Assembly: GCA_050250255.1 (NCBI GenBank)
Contig: JBFWOZ010000043.1
Location: 1 to 26,459, forward strand
From: Bdellovibrionales bacterium
Lineage (GTDB): Bacteria > Bdellovibrionota > Bdellovibrionia > Bdellovibrionales > DASUEL01
DNA: 26,459 bases
Direction: 5' to 3'
The notes under the pieces were generated by a model. That model saw nothing but the letters and a program-made list of their open reading frames with translations. It made no database searches and was not told where the DNA came from. Positions 24,982 through 26,459 of this stretch are shown piece after piece. Each line of letters starts with the position of its first letter. Position 1 is the first letter of the stretch. The translations under genes and the position numbers were made by a program.

Positions 24982-25824
24982 ATGAGTAAACCGTTAGTTG
25001 GAGTGGGGCTTCGCCCCACTCATTATCCTTATTTAGAAAACCAACCTCAGATTGCCTCCAATTTTTTTGAGGCCATTTCAGAAAACTATATGAATTCTGA
25101 AGGGCGACCTTTGGAAATGCTCTTAAAAGTACGATCTCAATACCCAGTCGCACTTCATGGCGTGGCGCTCTCGATAGGATCTGATCAAGGATTGAATCCA
25201 AGCTATTTGAAGAAGCTAAAAAAGCTCATAGATCGGGTCGATCCAATTATTGTTTCAGATCATCTTTGCTGGTCTTAGGCTCGAGGCGGAAGCTCACATG
25301 ATCTTTTGCCTATGCCACTGACGTATGAATCACTAAAACGAACTGTAGAAAATCTTGAAATTGTTCAGAGCTTTTTAGGTCGTACAATTTTATTAGAGAA
25401 TATTTCTTACTACTTTAATTACAAGAATAATGACTTCGATGAGGCCGAGTTTATTTTTGAAGTTTGTAAACGTTCCGGCTGCGATCTTCTCTTGGACGTA
25501 AACAATGTCTATGTCAATTCTGTGAACCACGGTTTTGATCCTGAGACATTTTTAAAGCAAATTCCTCATGAAAAAATCAAACAAATCCACCTGGCAGGAC
25601 CAACTCAAGAAGAAGGGTATCTTTTTGATACTCATTCCACCTCTGTACCAGATGAGGTGTGGCGACTTTTTTATCGCTTAGTAAAAGAAAATTTAAATGT
25701 TCCGGTGATTGTAGAGTGGGATCAAGACATTCCTAGTTTTCAAATTCTCGAAGCAGAAATTAAGAAGATACATCAATCCTTAGCGGAGCAAAAATATGAG
25801 AAATTCGCATCCCATGCTCCGTAG
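24982..25824 (+). pseudogene. DUF692 multinuclear non-heme iron oxidase (BufB-like) interrupted by in-frame TAG at 25276-25278
   Basis: GVGLR, EAISENY, HGVALSIG, SDHLCWS*ARGGSSHDLLP, LENISYY, LLDVNNVY, QIHLAG, DTH, VEWD. Both halves are in one frame (280 codons). Confidence 0.88.
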
Positions 25825-26459
25825 TAGTCAAGATAACTTTTATCAATATCTTAGGAAAGGTACTGATGTGATAAGCCAGTCCATCATACCGATGAAGTCG
25901 GTTGATGTAGACGGGTGTTTAGAAATATATCGCAAGGGATATTTTGCGAGGCTTACAGAAGCACTGGGTGAAACATTTGAAGCTACGTGGTGGGTTCTGG
26001 GTGATGAAGATTTTTTCAAAATTTGCCATGACTATATTTCTTCTTATGAGTCAAAAAGTTTTGACCTTTCTGATTACGGCATGGAATTTCCTGACTTCTT
26101 GGGGAGAACCCCACAAGCAACAGAAGCCCCATTTCTAAAAGACTTAGCAACTTTTGAATGGGCCTTTAAGGAAGTCTTTCATCAGACAAATCTCGCTGAA
26201 GAGCCTGGGCTTTTACAAAACGAAATCGCAAAGAACCCAGAGGTTAGATTTAAACTTTCGTCTTCAGCAAGATTGTTTGAAAGTGAGTATTCGATCTATG
26301 AGATTTGGAAGCTCCGGCGTGAGAAAATTGAGGAAATAACAGAGCTCAATTTTTCAAATTTAGAAAGTAGCGTGATATATAAGTCTCAATATCTAGTTTT
26401 TGTTAAGTATCATGGCATTAATGAATTTGCAGTTCTCAAAACCTTGGTGAGTGGTGTTA
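25796..26459 (+). CDS. DUF2063 / BufC(HvfC)-like MNIO partner protein (3' truncated by window edge)
   Basis: Own translation from ATG 25796: LEIYRKGYFARLTEALGETF..LGDEDF..DLSDYGMEFPDFL..FLKDLATFEWA; open to the end of the window. Confidence 0.88.
   Translation, partial: MRNSHPMLRSSQDNFYQYLRKGTDVISQSIIPMKSVDVDGCLEIYRKGYFARLTEALGETFEATWWVLGDEDFFKICHDYISSYESKSFDLSDYGMEFPDFLGRTPQATEAPFLKDLATFEWAFKEVFHQTNLAEEPGLLQNEIAKNPEVRFKLSSSARLFESEYSIYEIWKLRREKIEEITELNFSNLESSVIYKSQYLVFVKYHGINEFAVLKTLVSGV

Noticed and set aside
25276..25278. Alternative genetic code (TAG recoded) or pyrrolysine
   Set aside because: Several intact genes in the window end at TAG at their expected lengths, and no pyl genes are visible.
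348..26339. Short alternative-frame and antisense ORFs in the track (e.g. 2436-2756, 7810-8163, 10466-10870, 12558-12938, 19370-19711, 23409-23720, 25944-26138)
   Set aside because: They lie within or opposite well-supported genes and show no family motifs; shadow ORFs.
1..26459. CRISPR array, tRNA/rRNA, transposase or integrase
   Set aside because: No regularly spaced repeats, RNA-gene signatures or recombinase motifs were seen; the window is almost fully protein-coding.

Overview
AT-rich bacterial DNA from a diderm (Omp85, lipoprotein, sigma-54 activator). A Bdellovibrionota-like origin is only an impression from the sequence style. Left part (1-6014): a histidine kinase / NtrC-type regulator / alpha-beta hydrolase / unannotated 49-aa secreted peptide / ICMT-like methyltransferase operon, a divergent pair of small XRE HTH genes with two operator-like palindromes, and an ArsR-family / SRPBCC / MAPEG / SRPBCC operon. 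Right part (6016-26459) is a metal(loid) and thiol island. It contains an 11-gene minus-strand operon: grxC, DedA-flavin disulfide reductase fusion, PiT, arsS radical SAM, arsM, MTA phosphorylase, TIGR04283 and TIGR04282 transferases, Omp85, a hypothetical protein and arsC. It also contains DUF547, an FAD oxidoreductase, two AhpD/CMD proteins, a rhodanese, a GT87-like and a second GT2 glycosyltransferase, MarR, an ECF sigma with a soluble zinc anti-sigma, YceI, and a bufferin-like MNIO RiPP cluster (two BufA2-like precursors, DUF692 interrupted by an in-frame TAG, DUF2063). Main observation: a bipartite motif TGTAAT-N16-TCACTTAC (4 exact and 3 degenerate copies) precedes every transcription unit of the island other than the sigma gene's own upstream gap. 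This suggests the local ECF sigma co-regulates arsenosugar synthesis, lipid-carrier-type glycosylation, thiol-redox enzymes and the MNIO RiPP.
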